A DNA stretch of 34,383 nt from Octopus bimaculoides (taxonomy: Eukaryota). The position numbers and the translations under genes were made by a program. The first letter of the stretch is position 1. Every line of letters starts with the position of its first letter. Below, piece after piece: positions 21,288-33,580 of this stretch. Location of the stretch: contig NC_068996.1 of NCBI RefSeq assembly GCF_001194135.2, positions 10,178,160 to 10,212,542 of the forward strand, given 5' to 3'. The notes under the pieces were generated by a model. The model worked only from the letters and a program-made list of their open reading frames with translations. It was not told where the DNA came from and did not search any database.

Positions 21288-21802
21288 ATGTATGTATGTA
21301 TGTATAAAGGCTGAGCATAGCGATTTAGAAATATCTTGATTTTTAAAAGTTGCCAGATCTTTCGTCTACAAAGTTTGTAAGGAGCTAGAGACTGGAGATG
21401 GAAGCGTATAACCAGTATCAAAGCATAAAAAAGCATTCTAAACGCTCTGAAATCATCATATGCATGTATGTATGTATCTCAGAGAACATTTGTATTGTCC
21501 CTGAGGGGAGGGAATACGAAAAGTGGATGTACACCAACTAAAAGCATTGGTGTAGCACCTCTACATAGATTAGTGAGTAGTGTCATTCAGACTCCATATC
21601 TCTGAAGATGACCAAATTAACAGCTTAACACCTTGTGATCCTGAGGCAGCTTATAAAGGAAACATAAAAATAAAATTCATGGTCACAGTGAGGGGCACAT
21701 ATTAACAGAAACAAGAACCGAAGGGACTCTTGCTTTCCAAGCAGCCCTCTTGTCTTTAGCTTCTCTATCCATATCAGATTCTGAGTGGTATACTCCATTT
21801 GG

Positions 21803-22246
21803 AGCACTAAGAGCACCGTCCGAGCGTGATCGTTGCCAGAACACCAGCTGTCTGGCTTCCATGCTGGTGGCACGTAAATAGCACCATTTGAGCGGGATTG
21901 TTATCAACGTCAACTCCCTGGCACTTGAGCTGGTGGCACGTGAAAAGACATTCGAGCGAGATCATTGCCAGTGCCACTGGGCTGGCTCCTGTGCAGGTGG
22001 CACGTAAAATACACCATTTCGAACGTGGCCGTTGCCAGTACCGTGTGACTGGCCTTTGTGCCAGTGGCACGTAAAAGCACCCACTACACTCTCGGAGTGG
22101 TTGGCGTTAGGAAGGGCATCCAACTGTAGAAACTCTGCCAAATCAGATTGGAGCCTGGTGTAGCCATCTGGTTCACCAGTCCTCAGTCAAATCGTCCAAC
22201 CAATGCTAGCATGGAAAGCGGACATTAAACGATGATGATGATGATG
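21803..22246 (+). mobile_element. RTE-LINE 3' UTR fragment with minisatellite and (GAT)n tail
   Basis: Homologous to 26230-26617; repeats GGTGGCACGTAAAA.GCACC; ends GCATGGAAAGCGGACATTAAACGATGATGATG. Confidence 0.85.
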
Positions 22247-23339
22247 TTTCTATGTAGGAAGCTTTAAGTTACACTTTTTCAAGGTTGTCTTGAATATATC
22301 TTTGTATCTCTTCTTTGATGCACCACATAACCAAGAGCCAACTGCTAGATCACCAAAGATCTGTTTCGAGAGTCTGGAGTTAGGCATTCACACTGCATGT
22401 CCATTCCATTGTAGCAGGAATTCACTTAGGAAAGCACACATGTTTGACTTATTAGCTCTCACAATATGACACAACATGTATGGAGTTGAGTAAATGGAGA
22501 GAAGCATGGCTGTGAGAGAGAGAGAGAGAGGAGAAATATAGAAAATGCATGGCGCCAACAAAAGAAGGATGACATCATGGTGTGACTGCATAGTTTAATT
22601 GCCAAGAAGCCGCTTATGTCTTACAGACATTGTTGGAGAGTGGAGAAAACTGGAAGAGTGAAATATGCATATGCAAGCTGTCTGTCGATGAGATCTTAGC
22701 CATAGTGACTACACATGCTTTAGTAACGAAGGAAGTAAATCCAGAAAGGTCTTAAAGAATTTGGGTGGTGGGAGGGGAGAAGCTGGGCATTGCTAGTGGA
22801 AGGTAAATGGTTTTCTTTGAATTCTGTGTAAAATACAAAACTATACAAATTTGTATTTATATCAATATACAAGAAAACACCTGAATGACAAATTTTTTGT
22901 CTGCCATCCAATACTGTAAAGATAATAATAATGATGGTAGTGGTAGTAGTAGTGGTAGTAGTATTAGTAGTAGCAGTAGTAGTAGTAGTGGTGATGATGA
23001 TTTCATAAATAAATAAGAAAGTAAATACAACACATCAACAAATGAGCAAATCAATAAATAAATAAGTGAATGTGTGTTGATGTATATACATATGTGTATG
23101 TGCATGTGTATGTGTGTGTGTGCACATATATATATATACATATATACACATACACGCACAACGAGAGAGAGAGATAAATATATATGTTTCTATGTACACA
23201 GACATGACAGAGGTAAATAGACACCCCATAAAATATTGTTTTATGTTTATTTTAACTTGAAAAGGTTTATTATTTTTTATTAATTGACATTTTTATGTTT
23301 CAGGTTCTATATGTGACTGTTTAGTCATACCAGGTACAA

Positions 23340-24395
23340 AAGAAGCCTTGGAACTGTCCAAATTTCAAAGAGACTGTATTGTGGGTCAATCTGAAGGTGG
23401 ACTTAGTCAGTGTGAAATCACAGAAAACCTTAAGATCCCACTTTCTACAGTTAATAGGGTGATTGTGCAATTCACCAGGGAGGGGAAGGAGGTCAAGCTG
23501 GGCCTCGCCTGGGTCAAGTTGGGCCTCGCCCAGGTCAAGTTGGGCCTCGCCCGGGTCAAGCTGGGCCCTCTGTTAAGTGTTAAGTGAAGTGTGGAGGATA
23601 AATAATCCACATTGTAAATCCTCCGATAAAGTAGAATAAGTTGATGTCAGTCCCAGAATAGCTGTCAGGGATCTCCAGAAACTTGGTTACTATGGCAGAG
23701 CAGCAGAAGCAAAGCCACTTCTTCAATCAACCAATATCAAGTGGAAAAAAGATTGGGCCAGTGAGATGGTGGAGAGGCCACTAGCATTTTGGGACACTGT
23801 CATATTCTCTGATGAGTCCAGATTTGCTGTATTTCCCGGCAGTGGTTGTGTATGGGTCTGGAGATCAAGAATTTGACATGAAAAGATTGCTGCCAACAAT
23901 GAAATAAGACAGCTATTCTGTGATGGTCTGGGGAGCAATTTGGAGCAATGGTTCATCAGAGCTGGTGGAGTGTGAGGGAAACATAAACTTAGATAAATAT
24001 GTGTCCATATTGAAGAAAGGACTCCTTTCAATCTTCTATAGTGGTGAAATAATTAATGAAGACTATTTATTGAAGATAGGGCTCCTTGTCACATGGCTAA
24101 AAAGACCCAAGATTGGTTGGAGAAGAATGGCATTAAAAAATTTCCATAGCCAAGCCAGTTACCAGATATGAACCCTATTGAACACCTCTGGGGCATAATG
24201 GACAGGACACTTCATAAAAAGAAGAAGAAGGCAACTTCAAAATCAGATCTTTTGAGATTATTGCATGAAATTTGGCAGAAAATTCCGCAAGAGAAATATT
24301 TGTCATCTGATCAGTAGCATGCCTTATAAGATCCTTGCATTGAAAAATGCAAAGGGCATATCTACTAAATATTAGATATCCACATTGTAATAATG
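23340..24395 (+). pseudogene. Tc1-family DD34E transposase pseudogene; TIRs not found
   Basis: [26 protein letters not shown]; WDTVIFSDESRF; MVWGAIWSNG; EDRAPCH...PDMNPIEHLWG. D codon at 24075 and E codon at 24180 give exactly 34 intervening codons. Multiple stops and frameshifts. Confidence 0.92.
23491..23567 (+). repeat. 21-bp tandem repeat x3.7 inside the Tc1 transposase
   Basis: Unit GGTCAAG(C/T)TGGGCCTCGCC(T/C)(G/A). Confidence 0.95.
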
Positions 24396-24399
24396 AATC

Positions 24400-24681
24400 T
24401 TTAAACTTTTTAGACCACAGCTGACATGTACAAGCTTTCACTGTATCTGGATACACTTCACAAATGTTTTTCATTGCTTCTATAGTGGTACTTTTCTTTT
24501 GAGACTCATACAGTAAGCAATGATAAATATGTTGTTTCATAAATTTCTTTTCCTCCATGGGGTTAATTACTGAAATAACTATGAATATACTATTTCTAGG
24601 CAGTTCCCACACATGGCTCTGGTGTGATTGGTTGATTCATATTCCGTAATGGTTAAAAAAAGGAATTACTTTCCAAAAGAC

Positions 24682-24687
<6 letters not shown>
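24400..24687 (-). mobile_element. 5' end of a mariner element (one TIR plus transposase N-terminal HTH), truncated
   Basis: Minus strand TATAGGGTGTCTTTTGGAAAGTAATTCC (mariner-like TIR next to (TA)n); ATG at 24558 gives MEEKKFMKQHIYHCLLYESQKKSTTIEAMKNICEVYPDTVKACTCQLWSKKFK, typical of mariner HTH_48-like N-termini. Confidence 0.8.
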
Positions 24688-24716
<29 letters not shown>

Positions 24717-24937
24717 NNNNNNNNNNNNNNNNNNNNNNNNNNNNNNNNNNNNNNNNNNNNNNNNNNNNNNNNNNNNNNNNNNNNNNNNNNNNNNNNNNNN
24801 NNNNNNNNNNNNNNNNNNNNNNATATTTATGATGATAAATGGTCTTACCGATAAAGGTTTATTTCATACTGAACCACTTGGCAAAATTGTTAATTGTTAA
24901 TTTTATTATTAATTGACGATTCCCTGCCCTCATTTCT

Positions 24938-24980
<43 letters not shown>

Positions 24981-25340
24981 TTATAATGTAGGTAGTTAGG
25001 GTTAATCTCAGCTGTTTCCTCTAGAAGCATATCTACTTATTCCTTTATCACAATCAATATGTACCCATAGTTACCATTGCATGTTATTCAAAATATGTAT
25101 TAAAATTGAGAATCATGGAAATATTATTTGTAGAGTTATTGTATAACAAAATAGGAAAATGGAAATTTTTTGGTATCATTTATTCACCATTACATGTATT
25201 TCATTTGGTGGTAAGAATTACAAAGATTATAAAACATGTACAACTTTGTAATTCCAGTTAGCAAATGAAACATGTGTAATGGCGAATAATTAATACCCCA
25301 AAAATTCTATTTTCCTGTTTTGTTTTGTATATATATATAT

Positions 25341-26617
25341 ACGGGTTGCACAAGCCATGTACAGGGATGCTGTCAGTAAGGTGAGGGTTGGCAATAAATA
25401 CAGTGAAGAATTCCAGGTAGGGGTAGGGGTCCACCTAGGATCAGTCCTCAGCTCCCTTTTGTTCATCATAACAGAGGAATTCAAGACAAGATGCCCCTGG
25501 GATCTCCTCTATGCTGATGACCTTGCTCTAATTGCTGAGTCACTATCAGAACAAGAAGAAAAGTTTCAGGTGTGGAAGTAAGGATTAGAATCAAAGGGCC
25601 TTAAAGTCAACATAGCTAAAATCAAAGTCTTAATAAATAGGAAGGCTAACTGGGAAGATAGTTTTTGCATGTGGAAAATGCTCAGGTGCTATAAACACTG
25701 AAAATGTGCAGAGAACAGCTTCTGTCACATTCCAGGGCGAAAAACTGCAAGTAGTTGATAGCTTCCATTACCTAGGGGACCAAGTTAGTAGTAGGGGTGG
25801 GTGCGCTGAAAGTGTAGCTGCTAGAATAAGAATAGCCTGGGCAAAGTTCAGAGAGTTCCTACCTCTGCTGGTGACAAAAGGCCTCTCACTCAGAGTAAAA
25901 GGTAGACTGTATGATGCATGTGTACGAACAGCCATGCTTTGAACATTGGACCTTACCGAGGCAATGACTAGTGACCAAGATTTTTGGAGGTATGCTGTGC
26001 TTGAGAAGACCTGACAAGCCAAGTGAGACCATGGCCTATGCCAGTGGGTGTAACCAGCCCATTTATGAGTACCCCTCATTCATTGGACAATAGACTTTGC
26101 TTGCGAAGACCTATTGAGGCAAGTGAAATCAAAATCAAAATCACTGACATGGCCAATGACTTGATTGGCACTCATTCCAGTGGAACGTTAAAAGCGCATC
26201 CAAGTGTGATTGTTGTCAGGGCCACTGATTGGCTCCCATGCTGGTGGCACATAAAAAGCACCATTTAAGCATGATCGTTGCCAGCATCACCTTACCGGCA
26301 CATGTGCCAGTGGCACGTGAAAAACAACATTTGAGCGTGATCATTGCCAGTGCTGCCGGACTGGCTCCCGTGCAAGTGGCACATAAAAAACATCTTTTGA
26401 GCGTGGTCGTTGCCAGAACTTCCTGACTGGCCCTCGTGTCAGTGGTAGATAAAAGCACCCACTACACTCTTGGAGTGGTTGGCATTATGAAGGGCATCCA
26501 GCTGTAGAAACTTTGCCAGATCAGATTGAGCCTGGTGCAGCCTTCTGGCTCGCTGGTCCTCAGTCAAACTGTCCAACCCATGCTAGCATGGAAAGTGGAT
26601 GTTAAACGACGATGATG
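25341..26617 (+). mobile_element. 5'-truncated, internally deleted RTE-clade LINE
   Basis: RT motifs VGVHLGSVLSSLLF, LLYADDLAL (YADD 25510-25521), VDSFHYLGD, RIRIAWAKFRE...KGRLYDACVRTAML; 3' UTR with a ~60-bp minisatellite (26232-26470); GTTAAACGACGATGATG tail. Confidence 0.92.
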
Positions 26618-27512
26618 GTGGCAGCTGATGAAGGAAATGTTCTCTAGGTGGCCTGTGTGTTTTCCATATTCTGTTTATCATTTTGTCTACGTTTTTTTTT
26701 GCAACGTCCTGTACCCAGATATGCATCTATATATACAGGTAGATGTAGGTATGTACATACATGTATGTATATATGCATATACTCATATATTATTTGTATT
26801 ATATATATATNNNNNNNNNNNNNNNNNNNNNNNNNNNNNNNNNNNNNNNNNNNNNNNNNNNNNNNNTATACAGGGACACATAAAGAAATAAATATATAAA
26901 CTGTCAAAGAATTAACCCCTTCCCTCAAATTTTACTCTCCATTATGTCTTAGAAGTTCTGTCCTTTAGTCACATTGAACTTTGGACAAAATACCAGTTAT
27001 ATTCTAATTGTCATTCTATTGTTTATGGTGACAGAACCCTTAACTATCTTGACATACAGTATTTATTTGGCATTTTGTTATAATATTTCTGTTGGAAGAC
27101 ATTGTCTTTCTTGCAATCAATTTCAAAAACAAGAAAATTCCTGCAAAGCTCCATGATAGTGGTGTCAGACGAGGCATGCAGACCATTGTATAACTTGTCT
27201 GACATGGCATTTTTTTCCTTCTCTCCCATTTTATCTTGACATACACATTGCATTTTTATTCTTCTCTTCCATTTAACAAATTCCCAGTGCACATACACAT
27301 TGCATGTTCATACTTCTCTTTCCAGTTCCTAATCCAAACTGTTTACAGATCACAACCATCTCTCAAACCTACGGTCATGAGGAGCACTTCATGCTCCAAT
27401 GGTTGTGAAATAATGAAGAATTTAGTAAAATAACTGATGTTTGGAATGTAAATCAACAATGAAATTTCCATGGACGGTTTTAATTTAGGTCACTCTACAG
27501 TAAGAAGTTTGG

Positions 27513-28101
27513 GCGACCTTTCGATACCAGTACGAAATATCGGCCTTTTCCATAAAAAGTGTCTTCGGCGATCTTTACCAAAGATCAGCCTTTTCCGTAA
27601 AACACGCACGATCTTCACTACGGTGTTAGGGTTAGGGTTTTAGTATCAGGGTTAGGGTTTTTAGGGTTAGTTTTAGGGCTAGGGTTAGGGTTAGTGGTGG
27701 TGGTGGTGGTGATGACATTGTTGAGGTCTTGGTTAAGTTCTAAATGGACTTGAGCAACAACAACAACAACAGCAGAACAAGAAAATGTCAAGAAATAAAC
27801 AAGGGAAAAAAAATTAGACAAAGACAGAGAGTAATGAAACAAGAATAATAACAACAACCTAACTGTAACCGTAACCCTAACCTAAACACTAACCCTAACC
27901 CTAAAACTAATCCTAAAACCCTAACCCTAGCCCTAACCCTAAAACTAATCCTAAAACCCTAACCCTGACACTAAAACCCTAACATTAACACCCCAGTGAA
28001 GATCGTGCGGGTGTTACGGAAAAGACCGATCTTTGGTAAAGATCGCCGAAGACACTTTTTACGGAAAAGGCCGATATTTTGGCCTAGTATCGAAAGATCG
28101 C
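27513..28101. mobile_element. MITE-like element with 107-bp TIRs extended inward by degenerate telomeric repeats
   Basis: 27513-27619 is the revcomp of 27995-28101; (TTAGGG)-like 27626-27693 and (CCCTAA)-like 27856-27990; no TSD recognised. Confidence 0.85.
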
Positions 28102-28417
28102 TGCAGTTTGTATTATAGAGCCAGGAGCATTCTTGGGCAAGTTGGTATCAAAAGGGTTAAATTTGGTAGAGCCTGTCCTTCTTCAGGTTTGAACACAGCT
28201 GATTTCTTCTAAAGAATAAGAGAGAAGGAGAGAAAGGAGAAGAGAAGTGGAAGGAGAGTGAGAGAGAGGGGGGGAGAAAGGAAGGGAGAGTGAGAGAGAA
28301 AGAGAGAAGGAGAGAGGGAGGATAGTGAAGAGGAAAAAGAAGAATCCACCTTAGTACTGGTACTTTATCTATGACAGAGGAGAGAAAGCAACAATCTTCT
28401 TTCAGAGTCTCTAAATG

Positions 28418-28700
28418 CGATGGAAAGGCATGTGGCCTTTTGGCTTGACTGTTGCAATCACAATCATAAGATTGTGGTTCTGATTCTTAGACCAGTTGAT
28501 GTGTTGTGTTCTTGAGCAAGACATTTCTTTTCATGTCACTTCAGTTCACTCAATCATAACTGAGCCCCGACAATTGTTGGGAAGTTAATCCTGTAAAGGA
28601 CTGGTGTCTCCTTCGAAGGAAGAGGGAGTATTTTAGTTTCACTCTCTTACAAAATACAGAAACTGGGTTAAGCTCTGGTTTGTGACAGAAAGAAATGTGA
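28418..28700 (+). mobile_element. Degenerate tRNA-derived SINE of a third family
   Basis: GGCATGTGGCC...AAGATTGTGGTTCTGATTC (B-box-like)...TGTTGTGTTCTTGAGCAAGACA (CORE/V-like). Confidence 0.55.
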
Positions 28701-30109
28701 AGGAAGGGGGAGTACAGGAAGTTGTTCCCAGAAAAGAGCAGCCCCGAGTACTTGTAATAGAGTGGCTTCTACTAAGGACACCCAAGGTAGTGTTTAATCA
28801 AATGGTAGAATAAAGTCTACCAGACACAGGCATGGTTCTGGGAATTTTTTGAAGAGAGGGCAGATCAGAAGAGAATACAATTCCAGGAGAAAAGGGCGTA
28901 ATAACATTATTTAGAAGGGCACACTTCTTTTCTTGAGAGGGGAACGTGCCCCTCATCCCCCTCCCCCTCACAGAAATGTGACCCTCCTTCATTCTCTCAA
29001 ACAGTTTGTGACCATCAAATTTCTCTTGTCTTTGAGGCTCTGATAAAAAGACACTTGCTCAAGGTGATATGCAGCAGGATCTAACTCATGACTAAGAAAT
29101 TGCGAAGTAGATGTTTGAATCACAATGGCCTTAGTAGATCTGGATTAAGACATAAACAAGACAAGGTCTGGTGAAATGAAAACTGAAGTCAAAAAAGTCG
29201 AACAATGAAAGAAAGTATAAGTCCCAAACCATTATTCTTTCTCAATGAATCTATTGCTCTCAATAAATCTAAGGGCTGCAACAGTCAGGAAATGTTTTTT
29301 GGTAGTTATTGTGTTCATAACAATGTGTTTTATGTGTATCAGAGACACATTTATTTATTTATATATACGAGCGATATATTTTATAACCTCATTCATATAT
29401 ATACTTTTATTTAAACTGATCTTAATTTTCGAAGGAACTTTTCAGACTTAAAGCATTGAGTTATGAAAATGTGTGAGAAATAAAGAGCTTGTGTGAAAAA
29501 ATAAACACCATTCATCTCATAAATATAGAACAGCTGGCTTTATAAAAGACAAAAAATGAAAAACAAAAAAAGAAAATAAATAAATATTGAGTTGTTTAGT
29601 TAGTAAAGTAGCTGGACAACCTAATATATTGGCACCAGGAAATTTAGTCAGTCAACAAACAGCATTAGTGTTGAAGCTTAGATGTAAAAAAAAGAAAAGA
29701 CTGTTCTTTTTACCTGTCACTCTCTTGCTTATTATTGTTGCTGTTTAATGATTGCAGCTGGTGGTAGTCCTTATCATTGCTGCTGTTGCTGTTGGTTCTT
29801 GCTGCTGTTGCCATCATTCAACTTATATATATTACTCTTAAGAGCCTCCCTTGGTTATCACAGGTATTATTTCTTAATTCTTACTTCTTTTTTTTCTTGT
29901 GTTTTGTATATATTTATCAAAATTTTTTTTCTGTATTTTTCTACTTTTCTTTTCTTTTCTTTTCTTATCTTTCTACTTTTTTTAGTGTTACTTTTGCTAA
30001 ATGATATCCTTCGACTTGTGTTATTTCAAGACATGTTATGTTGCCACAGTTTATGAGAACAATCTATGTGGTTGTTGGTTCAAATCTCTGCTTAACCACA
30101 AACACACAC

Positions 30110-30112
30110 ACA

Positions 30113-30165
<53 letters not shown>

Positions 30166-30572
30166 CCCTCTCTCCCTCCCCCTCTCTCTCTTTCTCTCTC
30201 TCTCTTTTTCTCTCTCTCATGCGTGCGCACACACACACAAAATACATATATTGCTGCAACATTGGGTTTGTGGTTAAGAATTTTGCTTCCCAAGCACATG
30301 ATTCTGGGTTCAAAACACATTCACATGTACATTTACACACCAAGACATACTCATACATATACACATACACATACACACTGTCACTTACTCATGCACACTT
30401 ACACTGGCATACAGTCACTCACATATGTACAAACATATACACATACTCGTGCATACACACACACACACACTCATTTATGCACACACGTTCATTCATTCAC
30501 ATACATATATTTAAACACACTCACATAAAAACTCTCTTCTCTCTTTCACGGTTTCTCTCTCTTTTTCTTTGC

Positions 30573-30612
<40 letters not shown>

Positions 30613-30700
30613 ACACACACATGTCTATACACACACACATGTCTACACATACACATGTCTACACATGTCTACACACACACATGTCTACACACACACATGC
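30110..30700. repeat. (CT)n and (CA)n compound microsatellites with a SINE-head remnant (~30255-30315)
   Basis: Direct reading. Confidence 0.85.
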
Positions 30701-31225
30701 AAGCATATTATCATAAACTGATGTTCAAAACATGCATAAAGGTACAGACACAGTTAGTTGTGCGGTAAAGATCTTTGCTTCACAACTGCACGGTTTCAGG
30801 TTCAATTCCACCAGGCAGCTTTTTAGACAAGTGGCTTCTCTTATTGCTCATAAGCAAATTTCAGAAAATGGAATGACCCCATCCTAGGAACCATTCCTAG
30901 TCTTTAGTAACTGACTTAATCTTTCACACCATCACCTGGTCTTTGGATGCCTTTGACAGAGTTCTCATTGTTGTAAGCATTCAACCATCTTCAGCCTTCT
31001 TCTTCCAACATCTTTTTAGGTTACTCTGAAAAGGGACATGGTTTTGGTGCCGCCTTTACTAAATGACTCTTTTAATTAATTGATAAAAAAAAAAGAAATG
31101 TTTAAATACCATTTAAAAGTTTATTTCTTGATTTTGATTTTGTCAAGTTTATCATCCTTATATTAATACCACCACCACCACCGTGACCACAACATCCACT
31201 ACAACCACCATTGGCCACTGCCATC

Positions 31226-31256
<31 letters not shown>

Positions 31257-31339
31257 CCTGCACCACCACCACCATTACCATTACCACCACCACCGCCGCT
31301 GCCACATATTCTTATATCTGGGGATGGTCATTATTTTTT

Positions 31340-31995
31340 GCCAGTGAACTACAGACACTGTATAACTTGGTCTTTACTTCAGCTCCTTGGGCCAACCAAA
31401 ACCTCGTGAGTGGATTTGGTAGATGGAAACTGAAAGAAGCCTGTAGTATACATATATATTTATGTGTGTGTGTCTGCATTTGTCTCCACCACTATCGCTT
31501 GACAACTGATGTTGGTGCGTTTATGTCCTTGAAATATAGCGGTTCAACAAAAGAGACTGACAGAATAAGTACTAGACTTACGAAGAATAAGTTCTGGGTT
31601 CGATTTCTTTGACTAAAGGCTGTACTCCAGCATGGCTGCAGTCAAATGACTGAACCAAGAATAAAAGAATAAAAAAAAAATTGTTATTTTAGTGAAAAAT
31701 GAAAGGACATTAAAATAAGAAAAATAATAATAAAGCTGATATGAAGAACGAGAATTTAATGTGTGTGGTTGTTTGGCACCAAAAAATATGACCACCCCCA
31801 AAGATAACAATATCTGTTCCAACATATGACAACACATCAGGAATTTTGCAGAACAAACAGATAAATGTAATTTAGCAATTCAACAAATAAATATTGGTAA
31901 AATAAGAACTGGGGGTTGCTGGAATTGGTTAGAAACCCTTGAAGGTAGTGCTCCAGCATGGCCACGGATGAATGGCTGAAACTGGTAAAGGAATA
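31340..31995 (+). mobile_element. OR-like SINE body and tail (31340-31665) plus a second tail fragment (31870-31995)
   Basis: GTGAGTGGATTTGGTAGATGGAAACTGAAAGAAGCC...CTCCAGCATGGCTGCAGTCAAATGACTGAA. Confidence 0.8.
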
Positions 31996-32237
31996 ATGAA
32001 TTGTATTACTTTTCTGTCTACACACATACATATACATACATATACACACATACAGACTCATACATACATTCACAAGGTTGCATGCATACACATACTCACA
32101 TACACACATGCACATNNNNNNNNNNNNNNNNNNNNNNNNNNNNNNNNNNNNNNNNNNNNNNNNNNNNNNNNNNNNNNNNNNNNNNNNNNNNNNNNNNNNN
32201 NNNNNNNNNNNNNNNGAATATATATATATATATATGC

Positions 32238-32389
32238 ACAGAAATAATTTTTTTTATTCTCAAACACATGATAATGCTAATAAATAGCGTGATCAGGATA
32301 AATTATCCATGCATTGCAGAAAAATATGTTACCAGCCAGCCATTTATTAGCATTATCATGTGTTTGAGAATAAAAAAAATTATTTCTGT
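32238..32389. repeat. Perfect 48-bp inverted repeat with a 56-bp spacer (MITE-like)
   Basis: ACAGAAATAATTTTTTTTATTCTCAAACACATGATAATGCTAATAAAT (32238-32285) is the revcomp of 32342-32389. Confidence 0.9.
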
Positions 32390-32461
32390 ATCTTTCAATA
32401 CATCTCAACACTTCTAAAACAAACTTCATTTGTTTACTTTTATCGTAAGTTGAATATATAT

Positions 32462-32870
32462 ATCATCATCATCATCATCGTTTAACGTCCGTTTTCCATG
32501 CTGGCATGGGTTGGACAGTTCGACTGTGGTCTGGGCAGCCAAGAGGCTGCACCAGGCCCCAATCTGATCTGGCAGAGTTTCTACAGCTGGATGCCCTTCC
32601 TAACGCCAACCACTCCATGAGCGTAGTGGGTGCTTTTTACGTGTCACCTGCACACGAGTCAGAGGAGGCTGGCAATGGCCACAATCGGTTGGTGCTTTTT
32701 ACATGCCATCGGCACGGAAGCCAGTCCAGGTGGCACTGGCATTGGCCACGTTCAGATGGTGCTTTTTACGTGCCACCGGCACAGGTATCACAACTACAAT
32801 TTCCATTTGATTTTTATTTTGATGTTGATGTACTTGACTCAATAAGTCTCCTCAAGCACAGAGAGGCAGA
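32462..32870 (-). mobile_element. RTE-LINE 3' UTR fragment
   Basis: (CAT)n-CGTTTAACGTCCGTTTTCCATGC; same minisatellite and TGCTTG.G.AGAC.TATTGAG.CAAGT motif as ~26100. Confidence 0.85.
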
Positions 32871-33580
32871 AACAGGTGTCTTGATATAGAGGAGGTGCAT
32901 GGTTACCCAGCAAGAGAAAGAGAGNNNNNNNNNNNNNNNNNNNNNNNNNNNNNNNNNNNNNNNNNNNNNNNNNNNNNNNNNNNNNNNNNNNNNNNNNNNN
33001 NNNNNNNNNNNNNNNNNNNNNNNNNNNNNNNNNNNNNNNNNNNNNNNNNNNNNNNNNNNNNNNNNNNNNNNNNNNNNNNNNNNNNNNNNNNNNNNNNNNN
33101 NNNNNNNNNNNNNNNNNNNNNNNNNNNNNNNNNNNNNNNNNNNNNNNNNNNNNNNNNNNNNNNNNNNNNNNNNNNNNNNNNNNNNNNNNNNNNNNNNNNN
33201 NNNNNNNNNNNNNNNNNNNNNNNNNNNNNNNNNNNNNNNNNNNNNNNNNNNNNNNNNNNNNNNNNNNNNNNNNNNNNNNNNNNNNNNNNNNNNNNNNNNN
33301 NNNNNNNNNNNNNNNNNNNNNNNNNNNNNNNNNNNNNNNNNNNNNNNNNNNNNNNNNNNNNNNNNNNNNNNNNNNNNNNNNNNNNNNNNNNNNNNNNNNN
33401 NNNNNNNNNNNNNNNNNNNNNNNNNNNNNNNNNNNNNNNNNNNNNNNNNNNNNNNNNNNNNNNNNNNNNNNNNNNNNNNNNNNNNNNNNNNNNNNNNNNN
33501 NNNNNNNNNNNNNNNNNNNNNNNNNNNNNNNNNNNNNNNNNNNNNNNNNNNNNNNNNNNNNNNNNNNNNNNNNNNNNNNN

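Noticed and set aside
21600-21660. CTGAAGATGACC, resembling a Penelope ribozyme start
   Set aside because: No matching GGTC-GAAA downstream.
21803-22100. Regularly spaced GGTGGCACGTAAAA repeats as a CRISPR-like array
   Set aside because: Spacers are homologous to each other, the array is part of a LINE 3' UTR in eukaryotic DNA, and there are no cas genes.
26620-26660. CTGATGA-AGG...CCT after the RTE tail, hammerhead-like start
   Set aside because: No GAAA, helix III or stem-I partner follows.
27626-27990. True telomere or chromosome-fusion site
   Set aside because: Arrays are short and degenerate, and the symmetry stops 107 bp outside them; a MITE is more parsimonious.
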